Part shown: positions 1 to 22,200 of the stretch, piece after piece
Layout of the letters: each line of letters begins with the position of its first letter
How positions within the stretch are numbered: the first letter of the stretch is position 1
Origin: Felis catus
Taxonomy: Eukaryota
Reading direction: 5' to 3'
DNA length: 60,000 nucleotides
NCBI RefSeq assembly: GCF_018350175.1
Contig: NC_058369.1
Coordinates: 13,518,001-13,578,000 of the forward strand
Notes under the pieces: model-generated
The model's input: only the letters and a program-made list of their open reading frames with translations
Told to the model about the DNA's origin: nothing
Databases searched by the model: none
Position numbers and translations under genes: made by a program

Positions 1-140
1 CGAGTGACCTGAGACCACGCTGCCGACCCCCTCCCACCAGTTGACGGATGGTGGAGCGAGCCATGAGCGACCCACGTCAGGGTCGTGGAATGATGGTGGG
101 AGGCAAGGCATGAGTGACCCCCGTGGTCACCCGTAACTAA

Positions 141-9945
<9,805 letters not shown>

Positions 9946-10915
9946 CCACCGAGCACCGGCCCGGAGCGGTCACCCCCGGGCCCGGAGGCAGGGGGGGCAG
10001 TCCCATCCTTCTGCCTCTGTCCCTTCTTCCAGGTTTTCTGTCTTGTCTGTCTGTCTCCTTTAGGAGCCTCTTCCTGTCTCTCTTTCCGTCTCTCTTTCTG
10101 AGCCTCCCTCCGTCTCTCCCTGTCACCCTGTCTCTTTCCCTCCCCACCTGTCGGTCCTTCTCTCTGTCCCTCTGTGTCTCCGGGTTGGGGGGGGTCCTAC
10201 CTCCCCAACCCCATACCCCCCTCCTCCATGGGCACTGCCCTCCCCACGGCTCTGGCCACCCCTAATCCTGTGCGCCCTGCCCACCAGAGCCCCCCCACCC
10301 CCGGGGTCCCCGAAGCCCCACCTGGCTGCACCTGCCATGTTTACAGAGGCCCCTGGGCTGTGCGGCCCCAGCCTGGGTGCCCCGACTTTTAAGCCATAGA
10401 CCTGGGGTCACGGCAGGAAGGAACTTTACTTGGCCACTTCCAAGAACTTCGGCTGGGACATTCTGGGCCGGGCGGGACCCGCCCCCAGACCCAACTTCCC
10501 CTCCAAACCCTGAAGTGAAACCACCACTTGGTTATCCCCCCCATAGGGGCCACCGGCCAAGAAGCAACACCCCAAAATGAAAAGAGTTAAAAATAAACTC
10601 ACAAGCCGGCCCCACCCGGCACCAGGCCTCCCAGAAATAGAGGCCCCCGTCGCCGCTTGGGTGGCTGAGACGCATCACTGCCCACGGCACCTCTACTCAG
10701 TGTAGGTTCAAGGCTTCTCCTCGATCATGTTGGGTTCTGATTTGATTTTCTCTTGACTGTATAGCCCCTTTTTCTCTCCTCTTTTGGGATGAGAGCCCTG
10801 GTTTTCTACACTACCCGCGGACCCCCCCCCCCCACCTCCTGCCTGCCCAGCTAGGCTGGCAGGCAGGTTTTGTAAAGTACGTTGATACCGATATGGATAT
10901 AAAACATCGAACGTG
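9946..10915 (+). other. PIK3R2: PIK3R2 3'UTR with candidate poly(A) signals AATAAA (10592-10597) and TATAAA (10898-10903)
   Basis: Follows the stop codon. CT-rich tract at 10010-10180. Both hexamers are visible, and a GT-rich stretch follows the distal one. Confidence 0.7.
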
Positions 10916-13289
10916 TGGACGCTTCTGTTGTTGGTGACGGGACTTCTCTATGGCTCCCGTGTGCTGGGGACCCTGGCATTCACAGGGTCACACAGACCCG
11001 GCAGCCAGTGAAGGCTGACAGTCCTCCCTCCCTCCCCGCCACCCGGTTTAGCTGCTTGTGACCAGAGAAGTTGAGAGACCTGCCCAAGGTCACAGGGCAG
11101 AGAGGCTCAAACCCTGAGCTCTGCCCTGCGCCTCCTCGAGGCATCCCAGACTCCAGCCTGGCTTCTCACCAGCATCCAGGCTGTCCCCCAGGTTTGAGTC
11201 CCAGCCCACGGCCACCAGCCAGGCCCTCAGGAAAGCCGCCTCCCCTCTGATGGGCAGCTTCATCATTGCCAGGTGGGGTCGATAGCACAACCCTCTCATC
11301 ACACTCAGAAGCCTCCCCCACTATGTCCTTAAAGCCCTCAGTGCCAGCCCCTCCCTGCTGACTCTCCTCTGACCCCCTCCACACCCACCCCTGACTTTCA
11401 GGCCTCCAGGTCCCAGAGGACACTGACCTGGGGCCTCATGGTGTCTTTGACCTTGACCACTCGCCATCCTCCCCTCCCCAAGGTCCCGGTCTCTCAGCCC
11501 TCCCCTCTCCTCCCCCCTCCCCCTACAGAGAGTAAGCTTTCTGCCCTCTCCCCCCGGGGCTGGCACCTGTCAGGGTCCAGCATGCCTGCAGCAGCCCAGG
11601 ATAAATGAACAAAGCTGCCCTCTGAGCTGTTTCTCACTGGGCTCCAAGGGGCAGGACCTGCCTCCCTTGGCCTGAGCGCCCAGGCTCTCCCCAGGGCTGT
11701 CCCTGCTGTGCCCTGTGAGTGATTCCAGCCCAGACGCTGTCTCCCCTGTGGTCTTTACCCACTGCGTGGGGGAACACAGGATAAAGGTCACCTTCTAGGT
11801 CCCATGACACCAGCAGGCTGAGCCTGGAGACAAGAGGTAACAGCCCACATGGCCTCCAGCAGGTGCCTGCACTCAGCCACCTGCTGTTTCCTTGGGACAG
11901 TCCCCCCCCCCCCCTTCTGATCCTCTCCCCAGAGGATCTGACCCTCAGATTCCTCTCACCAAGTAGGATCAATAGTTGCTACTCCCACCCCCAAGAGCAA
12001 GTCTCTTAAGGCTTGGATAAGCAAAGGAATGAGGTTACCTCTGGGAATTCATCCAATCGGGCTGGGGCCTAGTAACCACTGGAAAACTTGTAGCAATTTA
12101 GGATTATTTCTTCCTGCCTGCCCTGCATGGAGCAAGTGCACACAAACTCTACACAGTTGTAGGGCTTCCTCTTCCAGAGACCTCACAAAAATGGGTTTTG
12201 CAAAGGGTTCAAAGAGAATTGGCAGGACCATCCAGCCGTGGGGACTTTAGGGAACCCCCTCGCCCCCGCCCAAAGCTGCTGCCACGGACACCAGGCTGGG
12301 AGGCTGGGGCTTCTCCCAGACCGGAAGGAGGCAGAGCTGGGGAGCTGGGGACTTGGCTGTGATCTGGGCCAGGTTTGGGCATTTCCTCCCGTGGGATCAG
12401 GTCCTGTGTCATGCCTGGTATTTGAGGCCCTGCAAGGCCTGAACGTCTGGGCTATTCCCTCATCACCCCCAGCCTCCACCTCAGGCTAGTCTCTGCCTGC
12501 ACCTCCCAAGACCTTTCCAGCTGGGCCACCCCACCCCTAGCCTGGGCCAACCCTCCCGCTGCCTCTGAGCCCACCACGTGGCTTTCTTCCCCAGACTTCA
12601 CTCTCCTCCCCATGTTACAGAAGGGGAAGCTGAGGGTCCATCGCTTGAGGCGTCCAGTGGAGTCTGGAGACAAACCCGGTTTGGGGTCCCCCACGGTCAA
12701 CCCCCCTCCCTCCCAGGGGAGCTCCCTGCGGGCCTGGATGCTCACCCCCCCACCCCCAAGCTTTGGATGGAGGAGAGAAGGAACTCCAGCTTTCCTCTTG
12801 CCCGCCACCCCCACCCCAGCCAGGGCTGGGAGGACCCAGAGAAGTGAGGGGCCTTCCCCCCACTGGCTTCTGCTTTCTGGCCCAGCTGTGGCCAAGCCTG
12901 AGTCAGCGCCGCGGGACCACGCTTGGTGGCACTGAGGCGTCGGGGCTGGGGAGCCTGAGAGGAGGAGGGGGCGCAAGGGGCAGGACCGGGGCTGGGGAGC
13001 CTGAGAGGAGGGGGGGGGGCGAGGGGCAGGTCCCATGGTCGAGAGTGAGGGGCTCCCCGCGCAAGGCTGGGGTGCGGGGATGGGCTGTGCAGCCCCTCCC
13101 TGCTCCCCCATAAGAGCAGGGTAGGGAGAGGGGGCTCCCAGGCTAGGAACGGGGGCCTGGGTCACCCTGGCCAACCCCAGAGCTGTCTGTGGGCCCATGG
13201 AGACCCTTCTTTCTCTCTCTCTCTCTCTCTCCCTCTCTCTGTGTCTATCTCTGAAGCCTCCACCTAATCTCTGCTCCCCGAGTTCTTGC

Positions 13290-13578
13290 CCCAGCCTCAC
13301 GTGACTGGGCGACCCTGGGGACTGGGAGGGGTCGAGAGAGATGGCAAGGCGGCCCCACGGCCTCAGGATGGCGGGCCCAGCACCTGGCGGGAGTGAGGGT
13401 GGGGGACAGGCTGGACAGGGACCCAGAGAGGTCAATAGGTACCTAGAGACGCCAGCCCCAGCCCCCAGGGGCGTGGGCATCGGGAGGCGGGTCCGGCTGG
13501 GGGCTGGGCCACCGCGGGGTTAAAGGCTGCTCCTTCCCCGGGCCGCTGCTCCCGCCTCCGCACGTTGGCCCGGCTGTG
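13290..13578 (+). promoter_or_regulatory. IFI30: IFI30 promoter: CLEAR/E-box TCACGTGAC (13297-13305), GC-rich elements, TATA-like TTAAA (~13520)
   Basis: Motifs read directly upstream of the ATG, at the edge of a CpG island. Confidence 0.6.
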
Positions 13579-16500
13579 ATGGCCTCGTCGCCACCCCTGC
13601 CGTTCCTGCCGCCGCCGCCGCTGCTGCTGCTGTTGCTGCTGGGGGTCCCCGCGGTGGCGCGGGCGTCCTCGCTGGACAGACTCCCCGAGGGGGCGGCCGC
13701 CTGCCGGGTAGGGATGGCGACGCGGCGGGTGGGCCGGCGGGGACCGACGCCCAGGCAGGGGGCGACGCGGGACAGGCGGCTCCTCCCCTCTCCCCGGACT
13801 TTGCCGGGAAAGCCTAGGGTCCCGGGGACGCTGTTCCGGCGGGTACCGAACCCCACCCGCGGGCACCGTGGCCGCGCTCGGATTCGTTTCACTTTCCCAT
13901 CTCACGTCCGAGACTCTCCGGCAGTCCTCCACCCACCCCCGCCCGCCCAGCCCGGGGTGCATTGAGCACCTACTGTGTACGTCTGGGGCGGGAAAGGAGT
14001 CTCCTTCTGTATGCCAGGGGAAGCCCAGATAAGTCGGCCCGTGGCACCGCCCCTGCAGGTGCTGCTTACTGGGTGCATTCCGGCCAGGGAAGAAAGAGCT
14101 CGCGTGCTTCTGGGGCCGAGCAAGCAGTTGTCCCGGAGGCTGAGCGACTTGCTCACTGCTGCACAGACGCTGGCTGCTGCCATCCGTCAGCCGAAACCGG
14201 AAATCAGCACATATTAGGCGCCGCCTCTGCAGTGGGGTTTGGGAGGGGTTCACCTGGGCCCCTTAAGAGGAAGAATAAATAAGGAGTCAGCGCAAGGGTA
14301 GGGCCCTGCTCAGCTCGGGGGCCAAGGCTCTGGGGGATGAGGTGGCAACAAATGAGCATGAATTAGTCTCCTGTGGTATGCACCTCTGAGAAGGCAGGAT
14401 TGAGGGCAGTGACCAGAAATGCGCATGCCTCGGGTCCTTACTGCATACAGTTCCCCTGGGCCAGGGGTTTCACCTCAACTGAAGGAAAGCAAGAGCTGTG
14501 CATAAATTAAGTGCCTACTGTTTGCAAGTCTTTGTTTTGCAGAAAAACTAGGAAGACTTAGGGATGCAATAAAGCCTTAGGGTCAGGGTTCCACCTGGCA
14601 ACGTCTGAAAGGAGGGCAAAATGGAGCACCTACTGTTTGCAGCTACCTTTCTGCAAGAGAACCAAGCGGGGCTGGACTCCCTTCACACCCCTTCCTCCCA
14701 CACAGGCTGGGGACCTGTGCCCACAGGGGCCCCTCGGGAAGTCACAATCCCCGCCTGTCAACGTGAGCCTCTACTACGAGGCACTGTGCCCCGGCTGCCA
14801 GTACTTCCTGATCCGAGAACTCTTCCCGACCTGGCTGATGGTCCTGGAGATCCTCAACGTCACGCTGGTGCCCTATGGAAATGCCCAGGTACGTTGGCAC
14901 TGGGGAAACTGAGGCGCCAGGGGAGGGGGCAGCCGGCGGGCCAGCCAGCACTCACCTAGCTGCCTTGCAGGAGCAAAATGTCAGCGGCAGGTGGGAGTTC
15001 ACATGCCAGCACGGTGAGCAGGAATGCAAGCTTAACAAGGTGGAGGTGAGCAGCTCCCAGAATTCCCGAGCGGCGGGGGTGAGAGGCTGGGGACGTTGCC
15101 CGTTGTCGGGAAGGCCGAAGCGAGGCTCAGAAGGGACTGGAACCGGCCCCATCCTCTGCCTGCGTGCCTCCACTGAGTCATATCCTCGTTCACCCCTTTA
15201 TTAGTGAACACCCGCGATTACTCCCAGAGTGGTGTAGGTAGGGGTGCCCTGGGCCCACTTCATGCCCTTGCCTGTCTCCTCCCTATCCCACAGGCCTGCC
15301 TCTGGGACCAGCTAGAGAGGAATATGGCCTTCCTGACCATTGTCTGCTTGGAGGAAATGGATGACATGGAGAAAAACCTGGAGCCGGTGAGCCACACCCC
15401 TCCCCTTGGCCCAGGTTGGGAGGCCCTGGGCTTCCCTGTACCCAGACGGACCCAGGCTCAAGTCTTGGCCCGACCACCACTCTCTCTGTAGCCCCAGGAA
15501 AGTGACCTTCCCTCGGGAAGCCTCACATCTCTGAATCAAGGGAACAAAGATCTTTTGGAGGCAGGGGTAGATCAAGGAGGGCTCCCTGGAGGAGCTGCCT
15601 CTGAACTGGGCTTGGATGAACAGAAACGTACAGGCATACGGATGATGATCCTCATCTGGGGTATGAGGATGACGGGACAGGCCCGCCTACTTCTCGGGAG
15701 GGTTACGAAAAAACAATTCCCAACGGAGTAACTCATGAATGCCGATCGTTTATTCACTCATCAAACATCTGGACCGCCTAAGAGGCCTCACCCCGGGATG
15801 CCCCGCAGCCCTGCAGAGTCATAGCGGGGCCAGAAGAGTGAGGAGGAGGGAGCACTCAGAAGATTCTGGAGAAGGAAGTGGAGGGGTGTTCCTGGTGGAG
15901 GGAACAGCACGTAGGAAAGCTCCAAGGAAAATGAGACGCTAGAGAGGCCAGTCTAGGGGCTGCAGGTCTGGTCTCATGAGAGGCAGGAGCAGTCGGACTC
16001 CCGCCTTGGGGGCCTCCCCTCAGGCAAATATTAAGCACCTGCTGTTTATGGGTCTTGTTGCATTGCTGTGGACCCAAACGTCTCCTGTTGCCAGTGAGGA
16101 AACAGAAGCTTGGCTCGGGGCGGGGGGGGGGGGGGCTGGAGGAGGCACCGTTGGGGAGATAACACAGAGGAAGCTGAGGCAATGCTCCAGCTCACCAGCA
16201 ACCCTTCTTCACCCTCAGTGCCTGCAGATCTATGCTCCGGAGGTGTCCCCGGACACCATCATGGAGTGTGCAATGGGGGACCGCGGCATGCAACTCTTGC
16301 ACATTAACGCCCAGCTTACAGATGCCCTGCAGCCGCGCCACGAGTATGTGCCCTGGGTCGTCGTCAACGGGGTAAGAGCTCTCGGAACCCTGCGTGTGGC
16401 CCCGGGGGCAGGGACCAGGATGATGGATGTGCCCACTGGTCTGGGAGGCAGGGGCCAGACTCGGAGCCATTTGCAGCCCCTTCCGGGCCAGACTCAGGTT

Positions 16501-16757
16501 AGTTGGGGCAAGTGGAGCCGGGGAGACTGTACGACTTCCTGTCGTGTTTTGTGCAGAAACCCTTGAAAGATCTGAGTCAGCTCCTAAGCCTCGTCTGCCA
16601 CCTGTACCAGGTAAGCTGGAAGGGGGACAGAGGGGCCGCTGGGGGCGGGTAGGGACTCGTTCCGGGACCGCCAGCTCACGGCTGTCCCCTCCAGGGTGAG
16701 AAGCCAGATGTCTGCCAACCCGTGGCCAGCTCCCACAGGGAACTCTGCTTCAAGTGA
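13579..16757 (+). CDS. IFI30: Gamma-interferon-inducible lysosomal thiol reductase (GILT), 249 aa. Exons 13579-13707, 14706-14888, 14971-15045, 15294-15386, 16219-16371, 16557-16610, 16695-16757
   Basis: Leu-rich signal peptide, active-site CXXC (YYEALCPGC), GILT signature [31 protein letters not shown] introns; 750 nt in frame; AATAAA at 16954-16959. Confidence 0.96.
13885..13898 (+). promoter_or_regulatory. ISRE/IRF-binding element in IFI30 intron 1
   Basis: cGTTTCacTTTCcc matches the ISRE consensus GTTTCNNTTTC. Confidence 0.6.
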
Positions 16758-18154
16758 CCGCTGGCGCCCTCGAAGGGAGCTGATGGAGGAAGAGCCAGAG
16801 CACTGCCCCCGTTTTTTCCGATCCCTGACTCTCAGCGGCTGCTACTCACCATCCGGATAATTTCTACACGTTCCACGAAGCCCAGACTCAGAATCCTGCC
16901 CCGACATCAAGACTCTTGCCCCACTGGTGACGGTGCTACCTTGAAACTAGTTTAATAAACACTTCTGGATGTTGTGATTCATTTGATAAGTTCGCAAAGC
17001 TCTCTCTTCCGGCCAACACCATGCCGAGACCCCTGAGAAGTCACCTTTCTAGGGAATGCAGAGCCGGACAGACGTTCCTGGTCCCACGGGGAGCAGAGAT
17101 GGGCCAGAGGGAGGCACCAGGGCAGGAGGACCCCAGAGAGAGAGTGAAGGCTCTGCGTAGGAATAGGGGCACTGGGGCTCGGGTTCTGAAGGGTGAGTAA
17201 GAGTTCCTTGGGCAGAGGAGGTATTCATTAATTCAACCCACAACACTAACTGTTCCCTTTTGCTGACCCCGCACTAATAGGAGTTGAGCCAGAAGGTGGA
17301 GCAGGGATCTTGTCTAGGGAGTTTCAAAGAATGCGTTCACTAGTGGCAGGGGGGTGGATCCCCGCATTCCAGGCAAGAGGAACAGAGTGCAAAGACCACA
17401 CCAGCAGCAAAATCTGGAGCTGTGGGCGCCTGGGTGGCTCAGTCGGTTAAGCATCTGACTCCGGCTCAGGTCATGATCTCACGGTTGGTGAGTTCGAGTC
17501 CCGCATCAGGTTAACTTGAGCCCCACTTCGGGTGAGTCCCGCTTCTGTCTCCCTCTCTCTCTGCCCCTCTCTGTCCCTTGCTCACTTGCGCCCTCTCTCA
17601 AAAAAACAAACAAACAAACAAACAATCTGGAGCTATAATGCCAAGTTGAGGCCAGGCTGAGAACACCAGGACATATTATAGGATACCTTAAAAGTGTTTT
17701 GGTTTTGGTTTTGGTTTTTGAGAGAGAGAGAGAGAGACGCGGGTGGAGAGGAGCAGAAGAGGGAGAGAGAACCTTAAGCAGACTCCCCACTCAGTGTGGA
17801 GCCCGATGCAGGGCTCGATCTCACAACCGTGAGATCATGACCTGAGCCCAAACCAAGAGCTGGACGCTTCACCAACTGAGCCACCCAGGCGCCCCAAGAT
17901 ACTTTTCAAAAAAAAAAATAAATAAAATAGGATTCTTAGACTGATATAAAATGATTACATGTTAAAAATTTTATTTCATTCATGATTAATGAAGAAACCT
18001 GGTTAGATGTTCAAAGAAGCATTCAAAGAACAGGGAGGTTTATAAATGAGAAATCTTGAAATGATTGTGCAAATAGAAGTAAAAATGACTTTCACTTTCT
18101 CATAAAGTGGCGGGAGGGGGTAACTCGTTTTTTTTTACTCCCAGTTTTTTTTTT

Positions 18155-18255
18155 TGTTTTGTTTTACTTTTATTTATTATTTATTTAAAATCAATTTAAT
18201 GAACATACAGTGTAGTATTCGTTTCAGGAGTAAAACCTAGTAATTCATCACTTAA
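18155..18255 (-). mobile_element. L1 (carnivore) 3'-end fragment
   Basis: T-rich tail followed by 'aacatacagtgtagtattcgtttcaggagta', typical of the antisense L1 3' end. Confidence 0.6.
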
Positions 18256-19259
18256 GTTTTTTTATTTTAATAATAGATTTTATTTAACCTGAGGTTTTAT
18301 TTAACCTGATGTGGATCTGATACATTATCATTTCAACGTGTAAGGGATATGAGCAATCTTAATGAGACCTTCTTTGTTCTTTTTTTTTTTTCCATACTAA
18401 GTCCTTTTTTTGTTTAAGTTTATTTATTTTGTTTTGTTTTTAAATGTTTATTTAGTGGGGCGCCTGGGTGGCTCGGCTAAGCGTCTGACCTCGGCTCAGG
18501 TCATGATCTCCTGGTTTGTGGGTTTGAGCCCGGCGTGGGGCTCTGTGCTGACAGCTCAGAGCCTGGAGCCTGCTTCAGATTCTGTGTCTCCCTCTCTCTC
18601 TGCCCCTCCCTCGCTCACGCTCTGTCTCGGCCTCAAAAATAAATAAACGTTAAAAATTTTTTTTTAATTTTTTAAATAAAAAATGAAAATAAATATTTAT
18701 TTAGTTTTTAGAGAGGGGTGCATGAGCAGGGGAGGGGCAGAGAGAAAGGGGGACAGAAGATCCGAAGCAGGCTCTGTGCTGACAGCAGCAAACCCCATGA
18801 GGGGCTGGAATTCACCAACCGTGAGATGGTGACCTGAGCCAAAGTTGGCCACTTAACTGACTGAGTCACCCAGCCACCCCAGTTTTTATGTATTTTGAGA
18901 GAGTGCGTGAGAGAGTAGGGAAGGGACAGAGAGGGGGAGAGAGAGAATCCCAAGCAGGGATCTGTCGCTCTCTCCTTCAAAAATAAATACACATTAAAAA
19001 AAAAAAAGGGGGGGGGCGCCTGGGTGGCTCAGTCGGTTAAGGGGCGGCCTTCAGCTCAGGTCATGATCTCGCGGTCCGTGAGTTCGAGCCCCGCGTCAGG
19101 CTCTGTGCTGACAGCTCAGAGCCTGGAGCCTGCTTCGGATTCTGTGTGTCCCTCTCTCTGACCCTCCCCCTTTCATGCTCTGTCTCTGTCTCAAAAATAA
19201 ATAAACATTAAAAAAAATTAAAAAAAAAACTAACAGAGAAAGCAAAAAAAAATTCCAGT

Positions 19260-22200
19260 TTGCATAGGTACACGATTGATATTGAAGCTCATTGTTAAAA
19301 CCCTTCTAATAAATCCATTTGATTTTTGACAACTTGACTGCACAAGATAAAATTCTCTCCCTCTCTTTCTCCCTCTCCAACTTTCTATATCTACTTAGGT
19401 TTTCGTTCTTTGTTTTCCTCGTTCATATTTTTTTTGTAAAGATTTTATTTTTCAGTAATCTCTACACCCAATGTGGGGCTCGAACTCACAACCCTGAGAT
19501 CAAGAGTCCCATGCTCTACCAACTGAGCCAGCAAGGAGCCCCCCTCTTTCTTATTTATTTATTTATTTTTAAATTTTTTTTCAACGTTTATTTATTTTGG
19601 GGACAGAGAGAGACAGAGCATGAACGGGGGAGGGGCAGAGAGAGAGGGAGACACAGAATCGGAAACAGGCTCCAGGCTCTGAGCCATCAGCCCAGAGCCC
19701 GACGCGGGGCTCGAACTCCCGGACCCTGAGATCGTGACCTGGCTGAAGTCGGACGCTTAACCGACTGCGCCACCCAGGCGCCCCTCTTCAATAAGTTTAG
19801 TAAGTAACGTTTCAGTATTTTATCTTATCTGGAAAGGACCTAGATATTCAATGAACATCCACCATCTAACTTAGCAAAACTTCAAGGTTCCAAGTTTCCC
19901 AAAAGATTTGGCAAACTATTTTTGAGCAAACTTTTCATAAGACGTAATTATGTCCAAAACACTCACTCATAAACTTTTATCCACTTACATGTTTTTAAGT
20001 TACTCGTTTTTAAAAATTATGCTTAGATCACTTGTGAACATATGAGTCATGAAACATCTAGCCAGCATCCTAAGTTATCTTTCTTGTTGACAAATCAGGT
20101 AAGTATCAAAAGTCACAGGGGTGCCTGGGTGGCTCAGTCAGTTGAGCGACCGACTTCGTCTCAGGTCATGATCTCGCGGTCTGTGAGTTCGAGCCGCGCA
20201 TCGGGCTCTGTGCTGACAGCTCAGAGCCTGGAGCCTGCTTCAGATTCTGTGTCTCCCTCTTTCTCTGTGCCCCTCCCTGCTCATGCTCTGTCTCTCTCTC
20301 TCTCTCTCTCTCTCAAAAATAAATAAATGTTAAAAAAAATTTTTTTAATCACAGACACAGGACACCTGGGTAGCTCAGTCCGTGGAGCGTGCAACTCTGA
20401 TCCACTATGAGCATGGAGCCTGCTTAAAATTCTCTCTCTCTCTCCCCCTCTCTCTCTCCCGTCCCCACCCCTCCCCACTTGCACTCTCTGAAAAAAAAAA
20501 AAATCACAGACTCAAAGAACCTACAAAGTTAAACATCTGACTCTCTTCCTTTTTTATTTGGTATCATGCTTGATATAAGCAAACCATTCACTTTTATCAT
20601 GTTTTGTTCTTAGGGTTGAATTTATCATTTTATAATCTTAAACGCAGAGATAACGACCTCTTTTGACTACTCTTAACTTATGTAAGCATTTTTTTAAAAG
20701 GTCAGTTAAAGGGCATCTGGGTGGCTCAGTTGGTGAAGCATCTGACTTCTGCTCAGGTCGTGATTTCACGGTTCGTGAGTTCGAGACCCGCTCCAGACTC
20801 CTCACTCACTCTCCCTCTCTCTCTGCCCCTCACTCACTCACGTTCTCTCTCTAAAATAAATAAGATAAATAAAGGGGCGCCTGGGTGGCGCAGTCGGTTA
20901 AGCATCCGACTTCAGCCAGGTCACGATCTCGCGGTCCGTGAGCTCGAGCCCCGCGTCAGGCTCTGGGCTGATGGCTCAGAGCCTGGAGCCTGTTTCCGAT
21001 TCTGTGTCTCCCTCTCTCTCTGCCCCTCCCCCGTTCATGCTCTGTCTCTCTCTGTCCCAAAAATAAATAAACGTTGAAAAAAAAAAAGATAAATAAATAA
21101 AATAAAAAGCCAATTAAATAGAGCTCTTTGAGAATTTTTAGCAATAGTTCTGGAGGTAGAAAAATGCCACATAAACATAGAGACAGATACAATCAGAGAT
21201 CTTATAGCTCCTATTTTTAAATTTTAGCCATGACACAGGTACAGGAATAACAAAACTCACGTGTTTGAAAAAAAAATAGTTCAGGGGATGCCCAGCTGGC
21301 TGAGTCAGTGGAGCGTGTGACTCTTGATCTTGGGGTTGTGAGTTCAGACCCCACACAGGCATCGAGCTTACTTTTAAAAAAAAACAAAAGTTAAATTAAA
21401 AAATAGATTTAAAAATAAAATTATTTTAATAGTTGACTCCAAACTATGTTTCTGGCAGATGGAACGAGTTACTAATATTTGCAAAGAAGATTTTTAAGAG
21501 ATTTCACACGCCGGTTTGTTCCCAAGTGGCCCTCTGAGTATATATTCCCATTTTAGCTTAGGAGAGAAGGCTTTGAAAATAGTTCCTAACAGCCTCAGAA
21601 TATCAGCCTCCTTAGGCCAATTTCTGTCCATAGAGTTCCTTTAAGAATAATAATAATGAGGGGCGCCTGGGTGGCGCAGTCGGTTAAGCGTCCGACTTCA
21701 GCCAGGTCACGATCTCGCGGTCCGGGAGTTTGAGCCCCGCGTCGGGCTCTGGGCTGATGGCTCAGAGCCTGGAGCCTGTTTCCGATTCTGTGTCTCTCTC
21801 TCTCTCTCTGCCCCTCCCCCGTTCATGCTCTGTCTCTCTCTGTCCCAAAAATAAATAAACGTTGAAAAAAAATTAAAAAAAAAAAGAATAATAATAATGA
21901 AAGAAAAAAGTCCTTTTAAATATCTTATCAGGCTTCAGCTCAGACAAACAGTACATTTTTCTGGCGCTATTGAAATCTTATTATTATTTTTTTAAACAGA
22001 AGCATACCTGTTCCAAGTGATTCAAAACCCAAACCCGGAGGCGCCTGGGTGGTTCAGTCGGTTAAGCGTCCGACTTCAGCTCAGATCATGATCTCTCAGC
22101 TCGTGGGTTCGAGCCTTGTGTCGGGCTCTGTGCTGACGGCTCAGAGCCTGGAGCCTGCCTCGTATTCTGTGTGTGTATGTCTCTCTCTCTGCCCTTCCTC

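Noticed and set aside
12452..13480. 342-aa minus-strand ORF upstream of IFI30
   Set aside because: Runs through a (GA)n microsatellite and GC-rich promoter DNA; no domain or exon structure.
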